NCBI GenBank assembly: GCA_045837725.1
Contig: JBEWZL010000202.1
Coordinates: 372,001 to 436,000, forward strand
Direction of reading: 5' to 3'
Source of the DNA: Vermamoeba vermiformis
Lineage: Eukaryota
DNA length: 64,000 nucleotides
The translations under genes and the position numbers were made by a program. Under the pieces are notes generated by a model. That model saw only the letters and a program-made list of their open reading frames with translations. It was not told where the DNA came from and made no database searches. Shown in pieces: positions 11,776-25,151 of this stretch (positions within the stretch are counted from its first letter, which is position 1; each line of letters begins with the position of its first letter).

Positions 11776-14532
11776 ATGGAAAATAGTGAAAATAACACTA
11801 ATCAAGCTACTACTGAGCAATCAACTGCTCAAGAAAATGTAGCCGTTGAAACCAACGTTGAAAAAACTCAAACTGAGGCCGAATCTAATAACAATAATAC
11901 CACTACCGCTGAAAAAATGGAGGTTGAGCACAAAGAAGGCGAAAAAGAAGAGACTGAAGCCAAAGAAGAAAAACCAACGCCTAAGAAGCGTGGTCGCAAG
12001 CCCAAATCTGCATCGGCCGCAGCTACCACTGAGGCGGCCAAACCCGAGCTTCTTCGTTCTAACTCCATTCAAACTCGTAGCAAAAGCTTGAAGCGTACCC
12101 ACGATAAAGTAGAAGCGGATCCTAACTTGAAGGCGGCTCACGACGCGCTCGAACCTTTGGCTAAGAAAGCCAGAACTACCAGAGGCGCTGTTAAAGTGGC
12201 TAATAATAATATTGAGGCCTCTGATGCTTTAAGCGAAGAAGAGAAAGAGCAATTGACGATGATTTACAATTTATGCGACATCGACAAGTAAGGATCACAA
12301 ATCAGAAAAAAAAAATCAAAATTCATCGATTTTATTAACGCTCGTTGTTATTATTAATAGGGATGGCAAAATTGACTTGTTTGAACTCGAACAGTTGCTC
12401 AGAAATTTGGGCTTCCGTCCCACCATCCACGAAGTAAGTCCCCTATTAAATCATTTTTTGTTTCTTGGTATTCAAATCGATCCTTTAAATATTTCTATCC
12501 ACATCATGTTATTACTAGCCTTTTGTCTCACTAACGCATCCGCCGATATTTTTCCTCGATCCTCAAGTTTTTGATTTAATGGTCTAATTTTCCTTTTGCA
12601 TAATTAGGTCAGCGCAATCTTCAAGGAGGCTGATACCGACAAGTCTGGCTATATTGAAATCAACGAGTTCTTGAACTTGATGGCCAATTTGCAAGCAGAT
12701 GGCGAGAACGAAGAGGAAAAGAAAGAAGACGAAGAAAAAGACGAAGATGAGGACGTGGAAGACGAAGAGGATGAATATGACGAAGAAGAGGAAGAGGAGA
12801 AGGTAAACCATTAGTAACAATTGAGTTTTTTTTCACCTCAGCCTGATTGCGGATTTGAAGCTGAATTTCTTTCTTACCTTGGCTTAACCCTTATACCTTT
12901 GGGTTACTAATACCTTGTGTTAGCCTAAGAAGAGAGGACGCAAGCCCAAGAAGGCTGCTACTCCTAAGAAGAAGGTTGCTCGCACGCCCAAGAAGATGGC
13001 TCGTCGCAAGCCTATTCTGACCAAGGGTGACAGCAACTTGGCCTTGAAGAAGACCAACGAAGTCTTGAAGTTGAACAGAGGTCTCTCCATCTCCGACTTT
13101 TACACCGTGTTTGCTGGGTAAGTCATGCTCACACTGCACTCGCTACCTTTGCGGATGTGATCACTTTGGACCATTTTTTCTTAGTTACTAATGGAAATTT
13201 CCTAATTTAGTAAACACGGTGAAATTACCTCCGCCAAGAAGGACGCATTCGCTAACCCCGAAGGTCGTGAATACGATTTGGGTCGTGAAGGCGCTTTCGG
13301 AAAGTTCTCCGTCATCGTGGCTTTGTTGTGCCCTCAGCACTTGAACACTGAGAAGTTCATGTATGTAACACTTCCTATTAATACAGCGTCAATAACACCC
13401 ATCTAGGGCTAATGCTGGTGATGCTTTGAAGTCCAAGGGCTTCCGTCTCCTGGTCGTTGAAAATGAGAAAGAGTTCATCGATGACCTTGATAACCACGAC
13501 GTCGCTTGGGTAGTTTCCAATCACGTAGCTGCCTCTCCTGCCTTCGTCGACGCCGTCAAGAAGTTCCATGAGTCTGGTCGTGGTTTGGCCTTGTGGGCTG
13601 ACAACGATCCTTGGTTCACCACCGTCAACCAGATCTTGGCCAAGATTCAACCCAACGTACGTCACAGTTACTGTTAACTATGCACTAGTGTCCCTTATTA
13701 ATGCAATCAACATTAGATCCAATTGAGCGGCAATACTCCTGGTGGCAAGGTGTTGAGTGTTGGTGATGCCGAGACTAAGGGTCAATTCGGCAAGCACTTG
13801 TGCACTTCAGGTCTCACAAACTTGTTCGAGGGCATCACTCTCTGCTACGGCAAGCCCACCGCCAAGGACTGGCTCGAGACTGTTGCCACCTCTACTGACG
13901 GCAACCCGTGCATCTTGGCTGGTGACTACGAGAACGGTCTTGAAGATCACTACGGCCGTGTCTTGATTGACTGTGGCTTCACCAAGCTGTACCACGACTG
14001 GAACACTGCTGGTACTGGCCGTTATGTCCGTAACGTGTGCGTGTGGCTCTTGGGTCTCGATCACAGATTGGCCGTTGGCGCCGATTTGCAAGGTCCCATT
14101 GACAAGTCCAAGATCAAGCAACGTTCCAAGAAGAGAGGCGCTGCTGAGGGCGAGAAGAAACAGACCATGAAGTGGGTCTGGCAATACAACCACAACGGCT
14201 GGTTCAACTACGATAACGCTGCCTCGGACGTTGTCGAAGCTACTTACCAGGTACGACATCGCATGACACTTGCCTTATTTGGCAATCACTTACTATATCC
14301 GTGCTCGTGCTAACAACCTCCTGTACAGGAATACTTGCGCAACCCTGGTGTCACCGATGTGCGATCGATTCAATCTGGCCACTGGATGTACCAAGTTGAT
14401 TTCAGACAGATGACACAACAAAACATTCAACACGAATCTCACACTATCAGACAGATCCGACGTGTGCAAATGCCCGTTCAAGAATCAGTGCCTTATTCAC
14501 AACTGACTGACGGCAAGAAGAAGTACTTCTAA
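11776..14532 (+). CDS. Multidomain protein: KRGRKPK motifs, EF-hand pair, acidic tract, class I glutamine-amidotransferase-like domain and C-terminal WWE domain
   Basis: EF loops DIDK|DGKIDLFEL and DTDKSGYIEINEF. Central domain GRGLALWADNDPW...GRVLIDCGFTKLYHDWNTAGTGRYVRN. WWE: WVWQYNHNGWFNYD...IQSGHWMYQVDFRQMTQQN...RQIRR. Confidence 0.7.
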
Positions 14533-14708
14533 ACTCCTTGCTCCAAAATAATAAATTTGCTTTGCTGCATGTAGTTGCCGTAGCTCCTTTTGTCTTTTGT
14601 CAAATCCGTTAGAAACCTCACTAAGCCTGCATACATTTTGCACGGACAAGGCAATTAAGTAGTTAATTAGTTTACTAAGTGGTTTCGTCCTTAGTCAATC
14701 ATACAATC

Positions 14709-17700
14709 TTATTGTTGAGCAGCAGCAGCGGCCAATTCATCATACATTTGGTCAACCTCGTTCTTGAACTTCTCGAGGATGTTCTTGCGGTTGATCTTCA
14801 ACGAGGCAGTAACAAGACCAGTCTCAGGGGTCCACTCGAATGTTGAGAAGCGAAGGTTGCGCACAGTTTCAATGCTCTTGAGCTGTTAAAGACAAAAGGA
14901 TATAAGTATACGCAATACTACTTCTTGGGCACTGTGAGCTCAGATCCAGATCTGGACCTTGCCTCGTGTTAAGTACTTACAGCGTGCTTGCGGCCAACTT
15001 TGCCCATATCGTCGAGGACGTACTTGATAACACGCTTGTCGTTCAACAAGGCAGTGTTGTCGTCAGTGGGGATGTTGTTGTTCTTCGCGAACTTCATAAT
15101 CTCACCCATGTTCGGCACGACAACAGCAATGCAGTCGTTGTGATCACCGTCAACGTGCACCATCAAGTTCTCCAACAACAAACAGTTCTTCATCACTGAT
15201 TCAATGGCTTCAAGACTACAATAATTGATTAGTAAATGAACGAGAAACTCCGACATCATGTCAAATGCATGACACTGATTGACACTTACGAGATGTATTC
15301 ACCGTGAGGAGGCTTGATCAAGTTCTTTTCACGATCAATGATGGACAAAGTACCGTCTTGGTTCCATCGGCCAATGTCACCAGTCGCGAACCAGCCACCT
15401 TCCTTGTACGCTTGTGCGGTCAATTCAGGAGCCTTGTAGTAGCCTGCAGTGACGCTAGGACCACGAATCCAGACCTCACCACGCGGGCAAGGCTTGTCGT
15501 TAACACTGTAGCCCTTGGAGGGAACATCGACCAACTTGATCTCTGTCATGCCGCTCATTAGTGCTCGTGCACGCGAACAGCCATTGAATCACTGCAACTT
15601 ACCGCAGCAAGAGAAAGGAGGACCGACACGCGTGTGAATAATGTCGCCGAGTTCTTGCACGCAAGTTCCACCAGTTGATTCGGTCAAACCGTAGCCCAAC
15701 AAAATGTTACCACCAATGCAACTGCCAACGAAACATCGTTATTAAACGCACCTTAATAAATACGTCAAGCGGATGTGACTTACACTTGCAACCACTCTTG
15801 AAGAGCAGGACCAGTGGGAGCACCACCGCTCAAAAGCAGACGCAAACGGCCGCCGAGTTGTGCCTTGATCTTGTTGAAGACGAGTTTGTCCAAAATAGGA
15901 GTAGGAATGCCTGTGCGGGGAACAATGAGCACGTGATAGCCAAAAAAAGATATTAAGCGCGATGACTTACGAGCTTTAACAGCCATCTTGCGCATGAAAT
16001 AAGCGAACTTGAAAATGCCACGAGCAACGATGGAGCCAGAAGCGACCTTCTTTTCGACAGCTTGCTTGACACGAACAAGAATGGTCGGCACTGCCGCCAT
16101 CAATGTTGGCTTCAATTCAGCCAAGTCTCCGTTGCAGTTACGCACGGCTGAGTCGGTCAAAGTACGAGGAGACTATTAGAGGATCGTACGTTAAAACATC
16201 ATTTCCTAAAATGGAAATTCTAAGGGAGACTTTGACTTACGCCAAAACCGATAGGAACACCAAATCCGATCATGGCCAAGTGCACAACCAACGCCAAAAT
16301 GTGAGCGAGAGGCAAGTATGAAATGTAGACGTCAGATTCAGGATAGAAATCAATGAATCCCTTCACACCAGCAGTGACGGCAATAATGTTTTTGTGCAAA
16401 ATTTCAACACCCTGTTCAGTGTTAAATGTTAGTGGACGATCCACGAGCCTGAAATGGAGTATTTTATCGTTACCTTAGGAACACCAGTAGAGCCAGAGGT
16501 GTACATCAACACGGCCAAATCTTCGGACTTGGGAGGGACAGGCGCAACGGCATTAGCGGCGCCCTGTATTAACTCGATAAGTACGAATAGCGCACCACTA
16601 ATTCTGCTGAAAAAAACTCGCGCCGTTTTTGGAAAAAACAAACAACGACAAAAATTTCAATAATAAACAGCAATCAGGCCCAGCCTTAGCGATCGAATTA
16701 TAATGTGGTTGACTCGATGTAGGTCGAGCATTTACGTGCCACTTACCAATGACTTGAGTTCAGCAAAAGGAAGGACTTGGTACTTCTTCTTCAACTGTTC
16801 AAAGATCTCTTGATCAGCCTTGCCGACCTCGTCGATGTAAATGATGGTCTTCAACGAAGGAATGCTGGCACCAATCTCGTTCAACTGCAACGGAACAGTT
16901 AGGACTTGCATCGATTGAAAATAATTTAATTTCATTCCAACTCGATTCAATACGCCATTATTGGTTAATATATTAATAATAATACTATTTCTACCACTGG
17001 CTTAATTTATAATAATTTTCCGAAGTTAATCAAGAGTTAGTTGCAAAAGCAGAATTTTTTGTCGTTTAAAATTGAGAAGACGGATTATAAATATCGTACC
17101 AATCTGAGCGAGCTAGAATTAGCAACCAAGTGAGTGATTTCACCTTGATTTAACGCGAAAACAAGTGCGTCCTTGCCTATAATTAAAGTGACATCAGATC
17201 CCATCCTCAAACTCGACACAAAGACTCATTTCAATTTGATTTCAAGCCTATTATTATTTTAAAATATTATAGTATATTTGCGTACCCAAGTTAGCGTAAG
17301 CAGTCAACACGACAATGGACTGGCTGACACATCCGAAAAGAGTTTCGACCCATTCAAGTCTGGTCTCTTCGAACAAACCAATTTTATCGCCCTAAATATC
17401 AGTATATAAGCATAATATAATAAAGCACTATTAAACTTCTTGTGCAAACAATTTTAACGGAAAAATTGCTTCCGCGGCGGAAGCCGCTCCGATCGCATCT
17501 AGTGCAATGCCCAGAAATAGTTTAGAACTTACCGGCTTGAGTCCAAGTGCTCTAAAGCCCGATCCAATAGCATGAGCAGTGGCCAGTGATTGCTTGAATG
17601 AGACCCATTGATAGGGACCAACTTCGGGATAAAACCACTTCTTTTGCTCGCCGTTGACTTCCTGCAATTAGGAAATTTTTAATTTATGTAAATTATACAT

Positions 17701-18178
17701 GATCATGACTATAAGAATTAACGGCAGCAAGAGAGAATTGAAAATAAATTAATTTTTCGAATTGCAAATTAATTTTACCTTTACGTCTTGGTGCATCTTG
17801 ACCAAAGGTCGCGAACCCATGCATTTACCATCGCCGTATTGCTTTGCAGAGTCACTATATTAAAGAGCATCAAATTATTAGCCATAAAATCAAATTGCTA
17901 AAAATAAATGGGAAGTAAAAATAAAAATAATTAACTGAAGCTGCTTACGCTAATAAATCATAGATCGTTGATACATTAGGTACTACTCTTTCAGCAAGTT
18001 TATCAGGCGAGCGCCAAGTGCGACGAGGGACACCGTGACCGGGCTTGGATTCAGCTTCAGGAGCTTCAACAGTGTATTGAGTTCTGAGAGGGCCCTTAGG
18101 CTTGTATGTCTTGAGCAAATAAGCTAACAGCACGGCGGCACCACCAGCTACAGCATAAAGAGTTGGAATTGTGTCCAT
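14709..18178 (-). CDS. Long-chain fatty acyl-CoA synthetase (ACSL3/4, FAA-type)
   Basis: AMP-binding motif YTSGSTGVPKG, plus YLPLAHIL, SGGAP, GYGLTEST, PRGEVWIRGPSV, GWFATGDIG and an N-terminal membrane anchor. Confidence 0.9.
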
Positions 18179-19143
18179 GTTTCTCGATCGAAGTTGAAGA
18201 ATAAAATTGCAACGTAGCACCGACGTATCACTTTTTTAAAGGCTTCGAAATCCACAATCAGGGAGCCTAGTAGGCGCTGACTAGGCCTGACGTACGGTGA
18301 TTCTTTTTCAAGGACTCTGGTGGGACTGTAACCAGGTTGGATGTTACAATCTACTTTTCAACTGCAACCTTCTCGTTTCTTGAGTGCTTACGACATTGCT
18401 TTACACCTCTTAATATTTAACATTGCGTTACTAACGCGAATATACCCGACGCATATCTATATTCCGCGGCATTGGACACAAAAGGAAACGATCTCTGAAA
18501 TTCACTTTACAATCATCTCTAGATTAAGGTGCTCACAAATGATGGCATATCTTAAAATTCCAGATACCAATCTACTAATATCTATCGTTGGATTTTTTCT
18601 TACGCGTCGTCATGAAGTAAATTTTATTCGGTGATCTTCGTTTCGGGAGATCTTTGACTGCTGCCTTTACTCGCCTCAGTTATCAGAATCTAGCGTTCTC
18701 CTTTGTAGTGCGCATGAAAAAGTACCTATATCTCCTTTTGACTTCGTGAAGCGACGCTGTCAAATGTCCTTAAACTCGTTTTGCGAAGATCGGATCAAAA
18801 GCGCCATCGGAACTCAATATCTACGATCGTCAATCCTCAATCATAATACTCTCGCGATCGTATAGCTTCTAAACTACCTATTTACTATTTTTAATAATTT
18901 TTCAACGGTCATATAAGCGCAAATTAGGCGCCATAATATTGAGGATGATTTCCAACTATTTGTGGACTCTGAGAGTAACGATCGTGACGATTATTACAAC
19001 AAAATAGGGTTGGTTTAATTAGGTTTAAATATAACAAATGCAAACAAAAAGGGGGTATTAAATAAGGGTTATTTTCAGACGGCCAAGATGCGCGATCGCG
19101 GTTCTGAGCCGTTAGAAGCACTGAACAATCGCAAATAGGGCTC

Positions 19144-19837
19144 TTATTTCTTGCCGGTCTTCTTGCCACCAGCGGCCTTCTTGGGAGAAGCGGTGTTCTT
19201 CTTGGGAGATGCCTTCTTGGGGGATTTCTCTTCCTTCTTTTCTTCAGATTTCTCTTCTTCAGCGCTCTCTTCCTTCTTGGAGGCACCCTTGCCCTTAGCG
19301 GGGCTCTTCTTGTTGGGAGTCTTCTTATCCTCCTTCTCTTCCTTCTCTTCCTTCTTGCCCTTCTTAGCGGGAGATGCCTTCTTAGGGGATTTCTCTTCCT
19401 TTTCTTCGGACGACTCCTCCTTCTTGGTGGTCTTTTGCTTCTTCTTGGGGGACTCTTCGGCTTCTTCGTCGTCGCGCTCAGAGGCCTTTCGCTTCTTGGT
19501 GGTCTTCTCGGCCTTGGCGGTGGTGTCCGCGAGGCTCTTGCGCAATTGAGACTTTTGCTTGCCGAGGGCGGCCTTTTGTCTCTTAGTAGTAGCGTTGTCG
19601 ACGTTGGTCTTCTTCACTCTGGTTCTGTAAAACAAGTTCGACTGTCAAACATCCGCCGATGATCGAAAAACGAAGGAAAATATCTCGAGCAATCGCGACA
19701 TCGCGCATGGCGCTAGCATCGCGTAGCTAAGAGATTGCAAATTACCTAGTTTGGCGACCGGCGGTCAAGACGGCGGGGTTTTTAGAGTTCTCTTCGATCT
19801 CTTCGAATTTCTTGAATTCAGACTTGCTCTTGGACAT
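19144..19837 (-). CDS. Lys-rich linker-histone H1-like protein without a globular domain
   Basis: Two exons (ATG at 19837, intron ~19627-19745). Repeated SPKK/TPNKK/SPAKK CDK-site motifs in a K/E/A/S-rich sequence. Confidence 0.55.
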
Positions 19838-20503
19838 ATTTAATTGATTATTTGAGGACTCAAAGTGATGTTGAGTTGTTGTCTCTCGTAGAGTGTGGTT
19901 AAAGAAATATTTTGGCGCGCCAAAAAACGGTAAAAAACAACCAATAAAACGCAGCCTGACTTAATCGTTTTTTCGCTTAAGCCACGATTCAAATACGAAA
20001 CGGTCACTTGCTCTGGTAAAGGGTTTTGGCGGGAACATGTTTAGTAGGTCGTAGTTGCCCGGTCGAGTCATCGTGTGGCTCGAGGGTCATAAGTACCAGG
20101 CTCTCAGAAAAAAATTTTTCTGCGGTGGATCCGCTGAAAGTTCCACGGGTTTTTCTCGCTTGTGCACCGCGCGTTGAGCCAACCGATGGTAAATTGTGGT
20201 GCACTCAGTACTGCTCTATCAAATGATATTATCGTGCGGTCGTTTTTCGCGAGTGGTTTTGAACCGCATCTGATTTTAAAAAAGATCCCATCTGCTTTCT
20301 ACACTGCTCGAATCGATTGGGAAAAAATTACTAAAAATATATATATTTACATCTAAGCTATCGCGCTAAGCCACTGGTTCGCCTTAATTTTATTGATGCG
20401 TCTCTTTGTTGTTTATTTCCCGCCGTTGATTCAAAAAATTGATTATTTCGCTTATACCACTCTGAATAACCACAAATGCAGTTAGACGAATGCTTAGCAT
20501 GCA

Positions 20504-23500
20504 ATGAGTTCTGAGCTGCAACTACAGTACGAGACAAACGGAACACCAAGCAACACAACTCCTTCAGCATCGGTGAACAAGATGACAGAGACTGATCTGA
20601 AGAATAATCCCAGCATTAATAAGCGCTTGGAGATGTTAGAGCAGAGATTCACAGCACCGTCACCATCCACACTAGCGAACTTACAGGGATCTAGCTTACC
20701 CGTGCAGTTCCCTGTAACAACGCATCTTGTAACTTCACCCCAAGTTCCTCAAAGCCAACCACCATCGCAAAATAAGCTAGATGACGACCATATGTCTGAA
20801 GACGAGGTACGGTTCCTTATTTTCATTTCAGTTATATTTGAAAAATGAAATAAATATTTAAAAATAAGAAAAATCAAATCTGCCAAAAAGATTTACGGCA
20901 ACCTAATGAATATTTCGGTGCACAATTAATAATAATATTTTTATTATCAAGTCTTCCTCAAAAGAGGCTCTATTAAACCGTGGAGATTCTACGCCAAATC
21001 TGGCTGGAAAGAAGAAACGAAAGAACTTTACTCGTGAAGAGGATGGCAAGATTTTAGAGGTAAGTGAAGTTAAAAATCATAATTGATAGCTGCCTTATAT
21101 CATACGCGTTTATTTTTGGCGCACGAGAAATTCCTTGTTCATATTTTTATGCCGGATTTGGTCTCGGCCTTTAAAATCACAATATCAATTCGCTTTATCG
21201 TTACAAACATTATATTAAAGCTTATCATATATTAGGGCTTTACAAAATTTCAAGGAGACTGGGACAAGGTCCGATCTTGGGGCAATCTCGATCGCTCGTC
21301 ATCCCAAATCCGCGAGCGCTACCGCCGCTTGATGAAATCGCCTATTGTACCATCGTTACCATTGCCCTCAAACTCAAATCAAACGCCTCCCTCGACGCCA
21401 AACCAGTCTGTACAAAGTAGCCCTCCACAACAATCTTCCTCGATGAATCCGACTTCAAGCATTTCAGTACCAGCTTTTACGCCTATTACACCGACCACTA
21501 TACTCGAGGGACAACTAATAGTACCTCCAAGTAACGTACAAGCACCTGGATCCCCTGCAGTCGCTAATGGAAAACGAAAAGGCCCAGGAGTACGTATCTC
21601 AGTGATTTTTCTCGATTTTTTCGTATTTGTGGGCGTGCGATGACGCGCGTTGACTTTTATTGACCAAAACACGCGAGCAAAGTGACGTTCGACTTCGTGT
21701 ACTGAACGCGTCGCCAGACGACGATTTTTTTTTTTACCTTCAAGTTATAGTAATTTTGTTGCTATTTAATTTATTATATGCTATTAAGAGTATAATTTGC
21801 GTTACGTTGGTCGAACAATCTTTTTTTTTTGCAAACGGATCCAAAGAACTTCCACTAATCAGTCATTTTATTTCCAAATTAGGAAGCTGAAGCACCAGCA
21901 CCGAAGCACCGTCGATTGAATGACAGTAGTTCAGTGCCAGGTGGTGGCGTGGAGGTGGTGACAGTGCCCAATATGTCCAATGCACAGCTCGAAGAAGATT
22001 TCAAAGCAGTTCAAGCGGAGAAAAAACGATTGATGGAACTTGAAGTGCGATTAAAGGAGCGCGAAGAGGAGTTGAACAGAGCATCGCAAGAGATTAGTGA
22101 AAAGAATAAGACCGATGATGCATTCAAAAAACGGATGCGAGAAGAATTGCTCAGCGCGTACCGACAGATCGCGGCGTTCGAGAAACAAAAAGCGCGGGAA
22201 AAAGCAGGCCAAGATTCATTGAGATTAGGACAAGTCGTGTTTGAACGGTAAGTTCTATATTGATTGGTTGGCAGTCACGTGACACCGAAAATTTTTGCAA
22301 AGTTTATACCAGATTAATCCCAAATGCTTCTAATAATTGAAGTGTTTGTTTCATGCCCTGGTTATATTCATATATTTAAATGTAGTACTATAGTATACTA
22401 GATCCACATTTGCAGCTGTGGCTAATGTTAATTTGTTGAACAGGCACGGTACGGAGTTCATTGAGGTTTGGCAGGATGGTCTCGCATTTAAGGATATTAA
22501 AAAGAGATTGGAGCAAAATGAAGGTCAACGCAACGAAATTGAAAAGAATAAGAAACAATTGTCGAAGAAAAGAACAAACTTGACCAAATCCGACAACAAG
22601 ACTGAAGGCGAGGTGACACCGGAGGTTGCCGAGATTATGGAGCAAGAAGAATTATTGAAGCTAAAATTAGCTTATTTGAAGAAACAAGAGACCGATCTGC
22701 AAACAGAGCGAGAGCGATTGTTGCTCGAGAAAAGTCTGCACATCCGCGAGTTGAAACGGATCACGGATGAGGACCACTCAAAGTTCAACACGAGTCCATT
22801 ATTGCGCGATAGATATTTATTGATGTCAATGTTGGGTCGTGGAGGATTTTCAGAAGTTTACAAGGTAATTGATCTCAACCATTTTGACACGTGTCACACA
22901 ATCACTTTTGACATTCGCCGTACAATTACATTGCATTTTCGTTGAATGTCACTTTGATATATTAGTAGAGGGTGTTGAGTACTAGATGATGTATATTAAT
23001 TTGGTCGTATTCTATACTAGGCATTTGATCTCGAGGAGCTGAGATATGTCGGTTGTAAAATACATCAACTGAACCCACACTGGCCTGAGAGCAAGAAACA
23101 GAACTACACCAAGCACGCGTGTCGTGAGTACAATATTCACAAGAGTCTCGTGCACCCGCGCATTGTACAGCTGTTCGATGTGTTTGAAATTGACGAGAAT
23201 AGTTTTTGCACCGTGCTGGATTACTGCGAGGGCGGTGATCTGGACACGCACTTGAAGAAAAACAACGCATTGCAAGAACGCGAGGCGAGGTTCATTATTA
23301 CTCAAATATTTGAGGTAAGCATCACATTATATAAGATTACTGCAAATAACGCGGATGTGCCGATCAGATCGCATCCAAAAGTTTTTGTTAGAGATTTGAT
23401 TACTGCGGATAGTTTTGTTAATATCAATATATTATAGGGTTTAAAGTATTTGAACGAGCAAAAACGGCCAATTATTCACTACGATCTGAAGCCTGGCAAC

Positions 23501-24137
23501 ATTTTATTTGACAAAGACGGCGGAGTGAAGATTACCGATTTTGGCTTGAGTAAAATCATGGAAGAAGATCAGACGCAGATGGAGTTGACGTCACAGGGTG
23601 CTGGTACTTATTGGTACTTGCCACCAGAATGTTTTGAAAGCGGATCTGTTCCAAAAATTTCATCAAAGGTATGTCGCTAGATCTACCTGCCAAATCTACT
23701 ATTCATTAGATACTAATGTGTGGGCTATTAATAGGTCGATGTATGGTCCGCGGGCGTTATTCTCTATCAAATGCTCTACGGCAAAAAACCATTCGGCAAC
23801 AACCTGTCGCAGCAACGAATTCTCTCCGAGAACATCATTTCAAAGGCTGCTTCACAAGGCATTGATTTCCCGGCGAAGCCTGTTGCATCGAATGAAGCTA
23901 AGGTAAGCATATAAATATCAACATAGGAAAATTAAGTGCTTGAAAGCTATGCAGATCCGCTACTTTGATAACATTTTTTTTAACCTTGCTTTATTATGCT
24001 AGGTGTTTATAACAAAGTGCTTGAATCCTCGCCAACGAGATCGACCAGATGTATTTCAAATTGTAAATGACCCATACTTGCAACCGTTTGTTTTGAAGAA
24101 GAAAAAACCGGATGGACAAATGGGGCCGCCAAAATAA
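20504..24137 (+). CDS. TLK: Tousled-like Ser/Thr kinase with an N-terminal Myb/SANT-like domain
   Basis: TLK-specific segments [102 protein letters not shown]. Confidence 0.9.
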
Positions 24138-24429
24138 TTTTTCAAAACAACGAAAAACCAACCAATGTACAGCGAATTTTAGTGTATCGATAGTAAATGA
24201 TTTTAACGCATTGAAAGAGAAAAAAACATCCAGTGAATGGCCACTTATTGATCGCACTCGGATGTGTTCTTCTCGCATCGAACAAACTCTTACTTGCGCT
24301 TTAGTATACGCGTAGATTAACGTTATGCCTATGTAAGTCGCAAATATCGCAATTAGTGAATTTCAGTGATATCTCCCCGATCCAGGTGCAAAAATTTACC
24401 AGTAGTTTTTGTAACCAACTAAGTAGCGC

Positions 24430-24744
24430 ATGGAAGAGGAGATTTATGAATTTATAGCACGTGTGTATAATTGGAAAGGACCAGCAAGTATCTCTAATAC
24501 GCGGCAATTTTTTGAAGAAGAGGGCGTTAAAGACTGGGATAAGGTGCATGTACGCGAATCCACATTAGACAATCACCCGAGACTACGTAAGAAGTTGTTT
24601 GATAACCCACCTTTCGCAACGCCCAGCGAAATTGAAAAGAAAGAAACTGCGACTATTCAATTTGTAACAAAGGGAGGGTCAATCATTCAATTATATTTAG
24701 TAAATATTATAAACGCCAAAAGGCCGTCTAAAAAGACTTTGTAA
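24430..24744 (+). CDS. Orphan 104-aa protein, copy 1
   Basis: Intact ORF of the same length in both copies. Several synonymous third-position differences (TAT/TAC, CCA/CCT, GGC/GGA, ATT/ATC) support coding. Confidence 0.6.
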   Translation: MEEEIYEFIARVYNWKGPASISNTRQFFEEEGVKDWDKVHVRESTLDNHPRLRKKLFDNPPFATPSEIEKKETATIQFVTKGGSIIQLYLVNIINAKRPSKKTL

Positions 24745-24836
24745 AATACCCATTTAAATAAAATGAATTTCAGTGATATCTCCCCGATCCAGATGCAAAA
24801 ATTCACCAGTAGTTTTTGTATCCAACTAAGTAGCGC

Positions 24837-25151
24837 ATGGAAGAGGAGATTTACGAATTTATAGCACGTGTGTATAGTTGGAAAGGACCTGCAAGTATCT
24901 CTAATACGCGGCCATTTTTTGAAGAAGAGGGAGTTGCAGACTGGGATAAGGTGCATGTACGCGAGTCCGTATTGGCCAGATGGCCGAAACTAAGTAAGAA
25001 GATGTCTGATAACCCACCTTTCGCAACACCGATGGAGATTGAAAAGAAAGAAACTGCGACTATCCAATTTAAAACAAAGGGAGGTTCCATCGTAAAATTA
25101 TATTTAGTAAATATTATGAACGCCAGAAGGCCATCTAAAAAGACTTTGTAA
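24837..25151 (+). CDS. Orphan 104-aa protein, copy 2
   Basis: Paralogue of 24430-24744 with 17 amino-acid differences and no indels. Confidence 0.6.
   Translation: MEEEIYEFIARVYSWKGPASISNTRPFFEEEGVADWDKVHVRESVLARWPKLSKKMSDNPPFATPMEIEKKETATIQFKTKGGSIVKLYLVNIMNARRPSKKTL

Noticed and set aside
13807-15561. ORFs antisense to the WWE gene and the acyl-CoA synthetase
   Set aside because: Explained by codon bias of the real genes on the opposite strand.
19151-19662. Plus-strand Phe/Leu/Ser-rich ORFs
   Set aside because: Antisense shadows of the Lys/Glu-rich H1-like gene.
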